DNA of 63,000 bases, filler included, from Sphacelaria rigidula (taxonomy: Eukaryota): assembly GCA_964200075.2 (NCBI GenBank). It is 8 parts of 8 records of this genome, joined end to end, with 100 filler letters (N's around TTAATTAATTAA, not from the genome) between each part and the next. Parts side by side here need not be neighbours in the genome. Positions count along the whole stretch, not along the records: positions 31,553 to 39,339 come from CAXNAA020013459.1; positions 39,440 to 47,226 come from CAXNAA020013460.1; positions 47,327 to 55,113 come from CAXNAA020013461.1; 5 more parts are not named here. One strand, given 5' to 3'. Positions 35,920 through 48,765 of the stretch are shown here, piece after piece; position 1 is the first letter of the stretch; each line of letters starts with the position of its first letter. The notes under the pieces were generated by a model that did not search any database, was not told the origin of the DNA, and saw only the letters and a list, made by a program, of their open reading frames with translations. The translations under genes and the position numbers were made by a program.

Positions 35920-38900
35920 TCAGCATGCGAGATACGATCTGTGCAATCGATTGGAACATTTCCGTAGCTCGCCGCTCATCTTGCAGTTGTGGAAAAAGAC
36001 CTGTTGCTCACGTATTTTTTTCCGCATATGACGATCCTCCGCGCAAACGCAATCCCACAGGCGGGACGTAAAAATAGTGTGGATTGTGGCTACAGCTCGA
36101 TCCACCTATTAGCCCGGTCGTTCGGAACGGAGTAATTACAGCAAAGTCGGCAAGATGAAAACGGGGCGGGGGGAAGGAGGGCGTGGAAAGGGAGAAGAAA
36201 ACGACATTTTGAGCATGGAACAAGAAATGTTGAATACAAAAGAATGAGTTGTTGAACACAAATGTTTGCATAAACCATGATGGAATAAATGCGGACGGAC
36301 AAGAAAAAAAAACGTCGACCACGAAATGGAAATAATTTTTTCGGAAACAAATTAGTGCTTCCTCTGTCCCACAAAATAAGCCCGTTTGGAGGTTTTGCCG
36401 CATTTCTCGTGCGTATTTTCGTTTTTTCCCGAGCGCCTTTTGTTGTTGTTGTTCTTGTTCTTGTTCTCGTGAAACTTTGGAGCAGAACTCAAGACCAAAG
36501 GTTTTACTGAGCCCCGAACAGAAAAGCAGCTACACTCATGGCGATCAGAGTGTGTTGGTCGTGCACAACCGGAATCTACCGGTTGACAGCCTTCCCATCG
36601 ATTTTCAGAGGAACGTTTTGTTTTCATGGTTCCCGAGGCGTTTCGGAGAACCACCCGAAACCGTCATTTTTCAGTCGGCCGCCACCACGGCACTATTTGA
36701 GCACGCAGCAGTCCGCGCCCCCAAGTGCAGCAGCCGTCAACAAGCGGGGACACCCTGCGGACCGCCTTGTTGAGCATTATAGATCATGTGCAGGTGTCAT
36801 CAGTTAAGCTTTTTACTGGAGTTTTGTGCGGTTGCCTCAGATTGTTCGAAGTTGCACTGCTGTTGTCGGCAATGCGCCTACCGCTGCCGTAATTTTGCGA
36901 TAAATTCGTTGTTGTCGCAATAAAAGGTTGCTTCGTGCGTGCGCCCAACGTCGTGGACGTTTGCAAACCCAAAGTGTGCCGCTTTTGGTGCTTCACTTCT
37001 TCTGTGAAATCGGCCGTACATACCGAATTTGCGGGTATACGCGCCCATCCCGGGGACAATATCATGTCCCCGGGTCTGGAGGGTCTTCTTGTTCTCACAC
37101 ATGTCCCCGACACGTCGAAACACACTACCGTGGGTCTGAACATTGAAAAAAAGGTTATTTGTACCCCCGTATCGCGCATCGAGCCGAAGTTTTGCCGAAA
37201 CTCTGGCTCTCCTTCGGAAAATCTCACTACATAAGCCCACTTTGTGATTTTTTCACGCCGGGGATGATAGCATGTGATCCCTCGGGGCTATATTTTTTTA
37301 TGTATGATGGCAACCACATGTGGAAGACATGTTGGAGGTCCGTATGTTGAAAACAACTGTATTGGGTACATCATCGCAGTATTTCACCACGGGCTTATCC
37401 GATGAGATTTTTCACCCGGGCTTATCTTGTGGGACAGAGGAAGTATGAAACTCCGAACTTGAAAAAAAAAATGATGAAAATAAGTGAAACTTCAAAGATA
37501 AAATTTCACAAACATGTCGTGAATTACGTTTGTGATATGCGTGTGCTGCTTAGGCGTCGATAGATATTTTATTTTTCCCTTGGTAACTGGTAACCATGTC
37601 AGTAGGTCTTTCGTTGCGACACGCGCGTTGGGACGGGGATGGGAGCTTTTGTTGCGGTACATCCACACCCGGTGTTGGTTTCGAAAACTAACACACACGC
37701 CAAATGGTAACTACAAATATAGAGTCAGCTGAATGTATATCGTCACCCCACCCCGCTTTGCAGACTCCAGCAAACGGTGTACGTACTGTACATACTCTCA
37801 CGAACGAGAGACCTCCAAGCACCACACGGGATAGGAGAGAGAGGTGTTCAGTTTTGACCTGCCAGTTAAGGCACGCAGTTTACTTGCTCATGTGTTGGTT
37901 ATCGCATCCGAAAGAACCGGTGACGTGTGCAGCAACGGTAAGCGTGGTCATCTGATAGCCTAGCGAAGTCGGAAACACGGACTCGGAGACTCCTCTGGAA
38001 AAGCTAACCCAAAGTGTCAGAGACAGGTGGCGGCGATATCCTCTTTGTCGGGGAATCAATCTGCAGTGTACCGATCGTTCCACACGACGAACGAAAAATA
38101 CCCAATAGAGCGAGAAAACAAATTTGAAGAAGAGATTTTCGGAAACATGGTTTTATTTACTCTTCTGGTCAGTGTAACACTTTTATCAGCGCGTACCTCG
38201 CATAGAGCTGACGTGCTTGTTTAAAAAAAAAAACATAATTTTTTTTCCTGTTTTAAATACAAATAAAAACACGCACGAAACTCAAAATGCGGAGAGAAAC
38301 ACAACCAAGACTTTTTGTCGGAGACTGTGAAGTTCACCATGACAAACGCGCCGATAACGTTCACGTAGACAAGACAAGAAAGAAGGCGTTGCCGCAGCCG
38401 TCTAGTAATTTGATCATGAAATCTCCCGTAAGATATGACGAAAGCGACAGGGTTTTTGTGCAAGATACGAAATGCCGTGAAATGGATTCAGTTCCGATGC
38501 CCCTTATGTTGGCAGCAAAAGAGGCCGTCTGCTGGGGTAGGAGGAGGGAAAATTACCTCGCCAGCGGCAACAGATATGTAAGTGTTGCTTTCCTGAGAGT
38601 GAGAAGCAAAAATGAAGGATTGCCAAGAAAAATCCGGCAGTGCTTCCCGCATTCAATCGAACGACTCACGAGAAACAGCAAAGGGAACAGAAACAAACGA
38701 GAGATAATGTAGAGAAAGAGACAGTTACGGATGAACGTGGACACACGCATACACACCAACACATTCCGATCCGATCCGATCTGATCCAGCAAAAAAAAAA
38801 AATGAAAGTAAGAAAAACAGAAATCGCAATTCGTGCAAAAAGCTACGAGCTCCTACGGAGAGAAATACTGTTCGATGACAACAACAACAACAACAACGGC

Positions 38901-39094
38901 ATGTCCTCAAAAAAAAAAAGCATACCGTGAACAAGAAAAACCAACATGTCATGTGTCATGCTCCAATGTGCGTAAGAACTCACCCCCAGCAGCCAAGAGC
39001 CCATGGTAACATCTTCGTTGACGAATGTGTCGTAGTGTTCCCTTCCCCTGTACAAATGCTCCACCAGGGGCTGTGCCAAAACATAGAAAGCGCC
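35920..39094 (-). CDS. Glycosyltransferase family GT31 (beta-1,3-galactosyltransferase-like), last two exons (39094-38984, 36105-35920)
   Basis: GAFYVLAQPLVEHL...TFVNEDVTMGSWLLG carries the GT31 G.xYxLS and EDV..G.W motifs. It splices in phase 0 to VDRAVATIH...RSYLAC-stop. Confidence 0.8.
36358..37443. mobile_element. Tc1/mariner (Stowaway-like) non-autonomous element in the GT31 intron
   Basis: 27-bp TIRs cttcctctgtcccacaaaataagcccg / cgggcttatcttgtgggacagaggaag, flanked by TG and TA. Confidence 0.82.
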
Positions 39095-39439
39095 CTACCA
39101 ACCAACCACAAATGAAGACGATCGACGACTGTCATGAGTACTGCAGGTCAAGATGTACCCTCATCCCCCAGGCGATGAGTCATTATGGTCCGAAACGTCT
39201 TCATCAATCGGGCGTGACGTGTTTAATATTCAGGGAGTCCTTCAACGATAAAATGACGGGGGGGGGGGGCAAAATTGTTTTTTTGTTTTTTTGTTATTAT
39301 GCATTGGGAAAAGGGCTTTTTTTAATGGAGGTGTTAGTTNNNNNNNNNNNNNNNNNNNNNNNNNNNNNNNNNNNNNNNNNNNNTTAATTAATTAANNNNN
39401 NNNNNNNNNNNNNNNNNNNNNNNNNNNNNNNNNNNNNNN

Positions 39440-39441
39440 TA

Positions 39442-39475
<34 letters not shown>

Positions 39476-39620
39476 CATCATCATCATCATTATGTTGGTC
39501 ACATGAGCTCGATCTCTCGGACTCGTGGTCACAGAGTTTCGACAACGCGTAGCAACAAAAATGCAGGCAAGAGCAAACGGACGTTCAGGTACCGTCTCAG
39601 ACCACAGAGAAAAAAACAAC
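39440..39620 (-). mobile_element. LINE 3' end with (AAT)n tail
   Basis: cgatctctcggactcgtggtcacaga is shared with 30350-30378 and lies next to (TAT)n. Confidence 0.6.
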
Positions 39621-40094
39621 AAGATAACGTTTTAGTTGCCTCTCAGGTGATCATCAGGTTTCCTCAATCCAATTTTACCAGGGTTGTGAACCGGTATATA
39701 CGTCACCGATTCATCCAACCGGTGCGGTATCGGAAATCGACACTTCCTTCACCAGGTTGCCATTACCGTTACCAACTACAAAATGATCCATCTACTTGTG
39801 ATTTTCCATCGGATCCTTTTGATTCACCCGCAAACGCAAGTCTCGCGGGCCTCATGGCCATTCAGGTTCTCATGTCTGTACTTGGGTTGGCAGTTCCGGC
39901 AACTGTAACAAATTCAACGTACGGGTACACCCCCCTGACGCAGCAGCAGTAAAGGCGAAATGAAACAGTAGCAAAAGTCATCACCTGTGCATCTAGCTGG
40001 GTACCCTCGTGATCACTCAGTAATCTAGCTACTGACGCGGGTAAACAGGCGCTCTTAGGTTTCTTTTTTGGGGGGGGCAGGGGGCATTTCGACC

Positions 40095-40350
40095 CCCTCT
40101 TCCCCCTCGGTACGAGTTACTGGTCTCAAGGTATCATCCCATCTCTCCTCCGTTACACGGCATGCAACTTAGCTTCGCGGATTGGATCATGACCAACACT
40201 CACGCACCGCTTCGACTCTCGTCGAGCAAACGTTTTGCTGTACACGCCCTTGTGTTTTCAACGACGACAATCACGTACGCTCCTGAAAACAAAACTCAAA
40301 TGTGTCTACCCGGAATCGAACTCGCATTCTTCCGACCTAGTGGTTTGACT
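40095..40350 (-). mobile_element. tRNA-derived SINE family 2
   Basis: Body tggtctcaaggtatca...cgcggattggatcatgac; minus-strand B-box gagttcgattccggg. Confidence 0.65.
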
Positions 40351-40624
40351 TGTTCCTCACATCGCGTGAACTCAACGGAGTGGTTATCACCGGACTGCAC
40401 TGCATACTGTGCGGTACGCTCTTTGTCGGAGACGATTACTCGAAAGGAATCGAGATTTGCCTCCTGCTGCATTTCGTACGACGTGTAGCTCATCATCCAT
40501 TGGATAACGATACGACCTATAGATATATTTCACCTAATAGATGAAGACTCACTTACGAATCGGGCTTGCGGCCTGGGGAGGTATGCTTGAAGGCGCCGGC
40601 CTGGGGAGGTATGCTTGAAGGCGC

Positions 40625-41000
40625 AACCACCAGCGTGCGTTGTGTGTGTGTTGTCGTCCCATCAATTCGGGGCGCCGGTTTACCCCTTTCGGTATATGTG
40701 GGCGCACCAGCCGGGGTCACACAGGAGGAAGGTTAACACAGGAGATTCTTATTTTTTATTTGTTTTTAGTATCCCACTTTCCTTCTGCGGTGCTTGCCTT
40801 TACTTTTTATCGCGAGAAGGGTTCAGCAGTCCCTTTCCCTTGTCGACCGTGAAGTCGGATTTTGTGTACCCACGACATAGTCGCTCTCCGCTGTTGGGCA
40901 TGGTGTGAGAAAAAAAAATCGAGATCACTCCGGGATTTGAACCCACGGCGTAGGATTCGGAATGTCCCGATGTCGCCAACTGAGCCACCGGGGCGACCAC
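40625..41000 (-). mobile_element. Full-length tRNA-derived SINE family 1
   Basis: Head ggtcgccccggtggctcagttgg (A box) ... gggttcaaatccc (B box), conserved body and (CA/ACA)n tail. Confidence 0.85.
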
Positions 41001-41569
41001 GTAGCTGCGTTATGTTAGCTTTTGCCAACTCACCGCAATGACATCGGCATACCGGTGTGGCCAATCTGTCAATGTATAAAAAAGAGTTAGCAAACCCTAT
41101 TGACACATAACCGCCAGTTTTGCTGGCGAATTGGCCCACGTGATCAGCATTGTTTCGGTGCTTGTCGTCATATCCAGACCCGAACGTTCGTCGTGTACTG
41201 TCTGTATATGGATGTTGTCATCGAGACGCTATCTCAATACGCGCGAGTACAGGGTGAAAGACATTGTCTTGTAGTAACACAGTACACAGCATACCCTCTC
41301 AACTCGAAAACGCGGTACCGTACGCATCTTTTCTCGTACTCGTGGCGCCCCTTCCCCCGCCCCGTCCTTGTGACGACTGCGGAGTCTCCGAAGGGACCAG
41401 AGTCACCCATCTCTCTCCCAGCACCATCGTCATTCCACCTTGTTACGTAGAATTGGATGATTGATGATCATTCCCACAGCCCGTCAACGTAATTACATCA
41501 AACCAGAGGTATATATTGTGATCCGTGCACTTGAACTAGTTTAAGCTTTCCATAACCTTCGCGTATCAC

Positions 41570-44500
41570 CTGCAGTCTCTTGATCGTGGCTCGAGACTTC
41601 AAGATATCCTGCTGCAATTCGGACAGCTTCACTCCGGGCTTTGCTTCTTGTGCGACGGAAAGCTTGGCCTACGTCACAGACAAAAACGCAAAATACCCAC
41701 GGACAAAATCCATAGCACATGACGCAACTCGCGTCTGTTTGCATAATAACATGCACCAATACCGAAATTTGTTCATCATCATCATTAAATATATATATAT
41801 ATATATACATCCGTTTTGATTGATGTCGGGTACGCACCTATCATATGACCTCGGCTGGATTTTCTGGGGGATCGGTTAATGTGCGACAACCAACCAATGA
41901 ATTAATGAATCAATCAACCTATCAATCAAATCAATAAAAAATGTATACACGCGTCGTTGCCTCTAGAATCCACGATCTTTCCTTCCCCCTCTCTGTAGTC
42001 TAAGTTAACGCCAGCTGGTCTGTCTTTCTCCATCTTTCCCCCGTTCACGAATTCCCTTGGGTGAGTACGTACGTCTATCTCGCATATATCCAATGACCAC
42101 AGCTGTATTCGTAGCAGATCGGCTAATGTTAATGTCAATGTCAATGTCAATGTCAATGTTAATGTCAATGTTAATGTCAATGTTAATGTCAATGGTAGTG
42201 TTCGTGTTAATGCTCATGTTAATCTCAATGCTTATGTCAATGTCAATGTCAATGTCAATGTCAATGTCGATGTCAATGTCAATGTCAATGTCAATGTCAA
42301 TGTCAATGTCAATGTCAATGTCAATGTTAATGTTAATGCTAATGTGCAGCAATCCATCGACCAATGATCAAAAATCGAATCTGGAGTGCTCTGGAAAGCT
42401 GCTATCGAGACTTGCGCTGTTTACGGCGGGCAACTAGGCCCTTTCCCGAAGCACAGGTGCACATTAGATCGACGATCACTACAACAGGTTGGGTAATTCA
42501 CACGGTATACTCCATTCATCACTGCTATCGCCACTGTATTGGCCTTCTGACAATGGCAGCCTCGGACATAGCTTCTTCGCATTATTGCATAGTTTCTAGA
42601 ACCAGGAACAGTCATCTCTCCCCGTATTCCCCGCACATGACTATTGAAGAAGGGGTTTATACACGTGCCTTCAGATCTTCTATCTGCTCGGAGGCTTTCT
42701 TGTTGCTCGAAGAGAGCAGCGACAGCCTCAGGTTCATCTGGTCCACGAGGCCCTGGATCTCGACAGCCCGACTCTCCGCCGTGGCGACCTTTGGTGTCAC
42801 CCACGCCAGTTCCCGGGCGTACTGCTCCTTGTTCTTTTTTTTTTCGTTTCATTTCATGTGAAATATTGTTCCGAGATGGGAAGGGGAAAATGCAGCGACT
42901 AAATATGACACCTATTGTTGCTCTTGTGTCGTTTCGTCGCGTGTTTTTTTTCGAATGAGTTTATTCAAAACGAAGACACCTCGTATATATATATTTTTTT
43001 TTATGTTTTTGCTTTTTATTTCTTGTGTTTTATTTTTTTATTTTTTCATTTGTCGCACTTTGATCCCCTCCCCTTCCTCGGGATGAGTCCGTGGTCTCAA
43101 GGGATCAACCCACCTCCCCCCCAGTACACGCCTTGCATTTTGGTATCGCGTATAATGTGTGTATTTGATGGGATATTGATAAAACACTTACATATATTGT
43201 AGTATATGCTGAAATGCACGACATCTTGAATACGATGACAGTCAGTTGTTAACGTGCTCTTGCTGCCATCGTAATCGAGATAAAAGTCTAACTGTTGATA
43301 TCGACGCATTGAATCAGATGGGCGCTACTTGGAGGGGGGAAGTCGATTTCGGACTGTGTATTTCACTTCTGCAAAGAACACCGGTCTTTGACATGGATTC
43401 CTTCATGATGTGTAGAAAATACATATGGCTTGGAAAAAGAAAGCGCAAAATTTCCACAAGCGCTTGCGAGAGGACTAAATGCTCCCTCTCCTTCGCGTTA
43501 TTATTTTCTTCAAACACAGGGAAGCACAACGCAATGCGAAAAAAAAACATAACCCATGATAACACTAGAAAAGCACACACATAAAAAAAAGAGAGCGTGT
43601 AATATTACGTGATCATGCTACTGTATCACCACACCGATAGCATCTGCGAGTGCAGTTCTCCGACGGTGTCCGACAGCCGACCGTTCTCCGCCAAGAGCCT
43701 CTCATGATCCCGCTTCAGGGTCGCCTGCTCGCTCCTCAGCCTGCCCAGGTCCGCGTGCTGTTCCTCGATCTTATGACGCTGGCGGTTTTCGAGACTAAAA
43801 TGAAGGTAGGGCAAGAGTATAACGCGATGACCCTTCTTGTCGGTGCGCATTCTCGGGTTCTCAGGTTACCCATACGCTTCGGCCGTGCCCCGCGTTCTAA
43901 TTGGTACAACTGGAACCAACTGCAAATAATATTTCCGTGAGGTTGAGACTCTGGCGCCGATTGAGAACGAGTTTTATTATTCGCTCTAACTCAACCATTT
44001 TTTTTTCATTTTGGTGTGTGCTTGTGCTTTGTTTTGCCTGTAACACTGCCGCCGTATGCTTGCAGCTACACGCCGACATCCTTCTCGGGGATATCGAAGG
44101 CTTCAGAGGAAAATTACTACAGAGAGCGTATATATCAGGCTTGGTGGAGGGGCATTTCGGAACGGAAACCATTCCACTCATCAATGAATTGACCGATTCT
44201 CACTCTCAAACGTACCCTAGACTATCAATCTCACGAAAGCATTGTTTACGGTAGGTTGCAAGAATGCAGGTTCGATTTCCGGGCAGATGCAATCGGCGTT
44301 TGTTCAGGAGAGAAGCATCGGATATTACCGTCTTGGAAGCGTGAGAGCAGCGAAGGAAGCGTGTTTTGAAGGCGAGTCGAAGCCCTACGGAAGTACTGGT
44401 CCCAAGGGACCACGTGTTTATGATCCGGTCAGAGCTTTTAAGCTTCAGGCGTAACGGAGGGTCATCTTCCCTTGATATTCAACCCCTTGACGTTGGCGGC

Positions 44501-46271
44501 TCTCCTGAGGCTACGATAATTCAAGATGGGAGGCGCTTGAATACCAGGCGATGGGCTATAAAACCTTTTTAGTCTTGGTTGACAAAAAGGCCCGTCATGA
44601 ACAAAGTTTTTTTTCTCTTTTCTCGGAAACGAGGGTTACTTGGAGGCGGCATGCTTAGGAAACGATACAACACAGAGTAGCCTCGCCATGATGAAGAGGT
44701 TTACGCCTTGGCCTCATCCGATGTTTGTTATCGGCGAGACCGCGGTTGTTCTGTAGGTGGGTCATACTTTCGTATAAAAAAAATCAACAGATGACGACAA
44801 GAACGGAAGGGTTACAACACCTGCCGAAAATTATGTCACTGTACAGTAGTGTCCGGCAATGCCTGGATATACCAGAATTTTCATGAACTTCTCAAGTAGT
44901 TAGCAAAACCCAGGACAGCAGTAGTACGGGATACACAACGGTTGGGGATCGACTTACGCTAACAACGCGGCCGTGCTGCTCGGGCGAACATGTTCGAGCG
45001 TGTTTTGCAGTAGTTGACCATGTCGTTTCCCCCCATTGGGAAACATGAGCCGTGTCGAGGCCCTCACCCATGATTCACGCGAGAAATTCGGTGGGGTTTT
45101 GATTTCCGGAGACTCGAGGCGGTTGACCCAGATCCCCTGTACGTCCAGACAAAGAACCGGTGATTCGTAGAGTTGGTCCGCGAGAAAAACTTCTACAATA
45201 GCCCCCCTCCCAAAACCAGCCAAAACTGTCACGAAAAAAATGGTCGTACAGCGCTTGATGTTTGGTTTCAGGCTGCCCGAAGCGCCTCATATGGGCGTCA
45301 ATGGCGAAACCGAACCCAGGCGGGGGAATTATCAGCTTCCCGTTGTGTTAGGCGTGTTTCGATTCGATTCATGTGTAGATTTTATCTCCCCAAACAAGAA
45401 AATGTTTTTGGAGGAGGGAACTATCGCAGAAAGTGTCGCAACATTTCGGCTTTGTCCGTCTACGTCACATTCATCTGTTGTACCCTTAACCTTGACTCAA
45501 CATCAGACCATGGTCATGCTATCCCGCTTTGTTGCTTGAAGTATTGTCAGCTGAAACTGTTCTCGCTGCCCCCTTCGATGGTGAAGAGACGGCGGTCGTT
45601 CGGAATCACGGGAGCCAGTGAAACTGGTGATGGGAGAATGGAACATGTTCTTGCTTGCGGCGATCATACACGCAGTGAGTGGGTCTTGCATGTGGTATAC
45701 CACTTCGTAACGAAATAACAGCTTCGACACAGATAACAAAACAATATTTTGAAACTTGGTAGAGCCCTAACATATATATATATATATATATATTTCTCTC
45801 GTGGAAGAAAAATCGGAGGTACACGTCCAGTATCATGATCCGTTCTTCGTGAAACATTTCATAGGGGTTTAGAGTATAAGGTATGCGGTACCCCAGGGTA
45901 AGCTGAGGTACCCTAGTACTATCGACTGCCGAAAATATAGAGCACTCCAGGGTCCCAGGGGTGTGTATCCGCTGAGTATGGAAACAGTGAGTACTTCGAA
46001 ATGCGTACCTGAAATATTGGACCCTACTCGTACCCTACCCTATATCTTACCAACGTTAAAACATGAGTTCTCTGTGTTTTGCCTCTCACCCGACGGCCAC
46101 CTCAGGCGTCATCATTTCCGTATAGCTGTGGTGTATGCGCTTCAGCTCCGTCTCGACGTCAGCCAGCTTCTTTCGGAGGGCGTTTCGCTCCTCTCTCAAC
46201 GTCTTCAGCAGTACAGTCTGGTTCAGCCCTTCTTTGGCCGCCCGTAGGCCGCGACAGCCGTGCACCATCAC
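41570..46271 (-). CDS. Unknown coiled-coil protein, internal exons 46271-46090, 45136-45068, 43794-43635, 42788-42669, 41668-41570; probably continues towards ~41110 and ~40390
   Basis: Phase-consistent exons with heptad-like sequence: LREERNALRKKLADVETELKRI, HADLGRLRSEQATLKRDHERLLAENGRL, IQGLVDQMNLRL, LSELQQDILKSRATIKRLQ. Confidence 0.7.
42124..42345. repeat. (AATGTC/AATGTT)n hexanucleotide microsatellite
   Basis: Directly visible. Confidence 0.92.
45185..45438. mobile_element. MITE, same family as 32391-32638
   Basis: Degenerate TIRs aacttctacaatagccccc / gggaactatcgcagaaagtgtc and a matching interior. Confidence 0.75.
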
Positions 46272-46399
46272 CTACCGGGTGGTGGCCGAAATACCAGTTA
46301 GCATTGTGCCTCAGAGAGTAATCAAAATATATCATGGATTTTCAGCTGAGTAGAACCCATTAAACGCTTGCTGGCAAAAACGGAATGCGCAATTTCGTG

Positions 46400-46760
46400 T
46401 ATACCCGGGGTATTTACCCGGGTATTGCCCGTACCCGACAGTTCTGTGAGTTCTCTAGGCCTCTTACACCAGTATCTGACAGTTCTGTGTGTTCTGTAGA
46501 CCTCTCATACCGGTACTCGACAGTTATGTGAGATCCCTGTGAAATTTTTACCCTTGCCCGGGGTACGGATATACCCTTGTAGAAGTACCCGGTTGCGGGC
46601 AAGGGTTTTCGTACAAGCTCCATACCGTACCCGACATGTTCTATAAGTTCCGTGAGGTTTCTATACCGACGACACCCGACAGTTCTGTAAGTTCTATAGG
46701 AAATCTCATACCCTACCGAACACACCCGTGTCACACAACACAACCTTGAAACATTTTGTA
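46400..46760. repeat. Degenerate repeats of acccgacagttctgt...; probably the subterminal region of a DNA transposon
   Basis: The motif recurs at ~46434, 46477, 46630 and 46675. Confidence 0.6.
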
Positions 46761-47339
46761 ACGCAACAAGTGGACAGACAAAGGCAGCCCCGCGCGGGGG
46801 GTATGTCGGGGGGTGCATTGGTGTATGTGTGTACAGTATTGATTTATTGGTTGTCAACATTAACTAACCCAGTATTACCCCAGTCGTGGCCATTATTCAC
46901 AGAATAGACGTACCCAACGTAAAGAATCGAAAATTGTTGCTCAAGGAAACTCGAAAAACAGGGAATTGTAAAATATGAAAAGAAGGGTGAACAAACAGTG
47001 AGTGGGGGGCGACGGGAAAACAAAATAAGGGAAGAAAAGAAAGTCAAGACGACATAAAACACAGAAGCAGACAAGAGAAGAAACCAAAAGAAATGACAAG
47101 ACAGGTATCAAGCCTGCACTCGGCCCTTTTTGCGTGGGGGGGGGGGGGGGGGGGCCGCACGGGGGGGGGAAAAAAAAGGGCGGCGGAGGAGGGTCGCAGC
47201 ACTGTTCGGCCCCCCCCCCCCCGCCCNNNNNNNNNNNNNNNNNNNNNNNNNNNNNNNNNNNNNNNNNNNNTTAATTAATTAANNNNNNNNNNNNNNNNNN
47301 NNNNNNNNNNNNNNNNNNNNNNNNNNTCCGTCTCGAAAG

Positions 47340-47875
47340 GGATTCGTGGTCAATGGCCAAACGACTAAGGCAAGCAACAAATGAGTACGCCCCTCCCCCC
47401 CGCCGCCGGAACGAGCCTGGCTCTGTCTTCTGGTCTATTGTATTCTTTTTTTTCACGTTCTATTATTTTCTTTTCGTTTCCTTTCCTTTTTCCTTTCCTT
47501 TTTTCCATGTTTCTCCTTTTTGTTTCTGATCACGAGCTTGAGTGTTGCAATCAAGTACGTAATGCGCGATCATCATCTTTTTTGGTTCTTGTTCGTGTTC
47601 GTGTTCGTGTTTGTGTTTGCCGTTATTTTTGTTGTTATTGCTGTCGTTGTTTGTTCTTGTTGTTGTCTGTTGGTGATGGTAGTGGTGGTGGTAGTAGTGT
47701 TGTTTTTTGTTGTTATCGCTGCCCCCTTTCTTTCCTCTCTGAGGCCGTTGCTTCTGTCGTTTTCTATTCCTTTCTTTTTTTAATTTTACTATTCTGTTCT
47801 ATTTTTGCTGCTACTGACCACGGGCTGGATTGTTGCAATCAGCTAATGCGAGATAATCAATCAGTCAAATCAATG
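47340..47875 (-). repeat. Dispersed repeat R2 joined through poly-G to a partial module L
   Basis: Inverted copy of 27640-28130. ggtcaatggcc...aaggcaagcaacaaatgagtacgcccc at 47349-47395. Confidence 0.75.
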
Positions 47876-48129
47876 ATTCAAGATGTACAAGAATATGGGT
47901 CAGGGCATTCCCGGTTGGAAATCCCGTCGGGGTATCCCCAGCACATTGGAATAGTGTTCTCGACGTACTGTCACATATTTCGTAAGTCGTATTTTTGAAG
48001 AGACGGAAGGGCTCCTAAAGAGTTTAACCTCAGAAAATATATGTGCACCCCTACCGTAGCATCACCCCAGCTGCTACTACTGTACAGCATAATAGTCGTG
48101 TACCAGGTACGGTGGCTCAGTTGGTAACC

Positions 48130-48462
48130 CCCTTCATTCTGGACGCCAGTCTACACCTTTCGGTATATGTGGGCGCATCACCCGGGGTCACACAAGAGGA
48201 AGGCCAACACAGGAGCTTTTCATTTTTTGTTTTTTTAGAACTCCACCTTCCTTCTGCGGTGCCTGCCTTATTTTTTATCGCGAGAGTGCTTCAGCGGTCC
48301 TTTCCCTCGTCGACTGTAAACTCGAACTTTTATGTACCCACAACATGGTCGCTCTCCACTGTTGGGCATGGTTTGAGGAAAAAAAACAGATCGCTCTGAG
48401 ACTCGAACCCACGACCCAACCGTCAAAGTGTTTCAGGTTACTAACCGAGCCACGGCGACCGG
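48130..48462 (-). mobile_element. tRNA-derived SINE family 1
   Basis: Body matches 40680-40910; head ggctcggttagtaacc...gggttcgagtc. Confidence 0.8.
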
Positions 48463-48499
48463 CTACAATGTACTGTATAAGTAGTACAATGTATGACAT

Positions 48500-48765
48500 C
48501 CGCTTCCTGCGATAGCCTCCCCCCCCCAGATGGGAAAATCTACCCATGAATCGAAATGAAAAAAAGCTGAGCACAACGAGCAGCTGGGAATTCCCATGCT
48601 TGGGTCCATTTGCGCCAATGTCGCTCATATGCAGCTCTTCATATGAGGCGCTGCATGCAGCCTGAAACCAAATATCAGGCACTGCATAACCCCTTTCTTC
48701 GTGACAATTTTAGGCTACTTTTGTTTTTGTGGGAGGTGGGGGGGGGGCTATCGCAGAAAGTGCCA
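48500..48765. mobile_element. MITE, same family as 32391-32638, inverted
   Basis: TIRs cgcttcctgcgatagcctcccc / gggggctatcgcagaaagtg. The interior is the reverse complement of the 32450-32590 region. Confidence 0.75.

Noticed and set aside
41541-41837. Terminal exon ending RRLWKA-stop
   Set aside because: The phase-0 frame AKLSVAQE...IKRLQ with donor cag|gtgata fits better.
41926-42437. ORFs of poly-TL, poly-ID and poly-MS, and similar ORFs at 27639-28211, 30055-30565 and 49616-50320
   Set aside because: These are translations of microsatellites.
44040-44572. Coding-looking stretches here and at 58509-58922
   Set aside because: The frames examined on both strands contain stops and show no recognisable motif.
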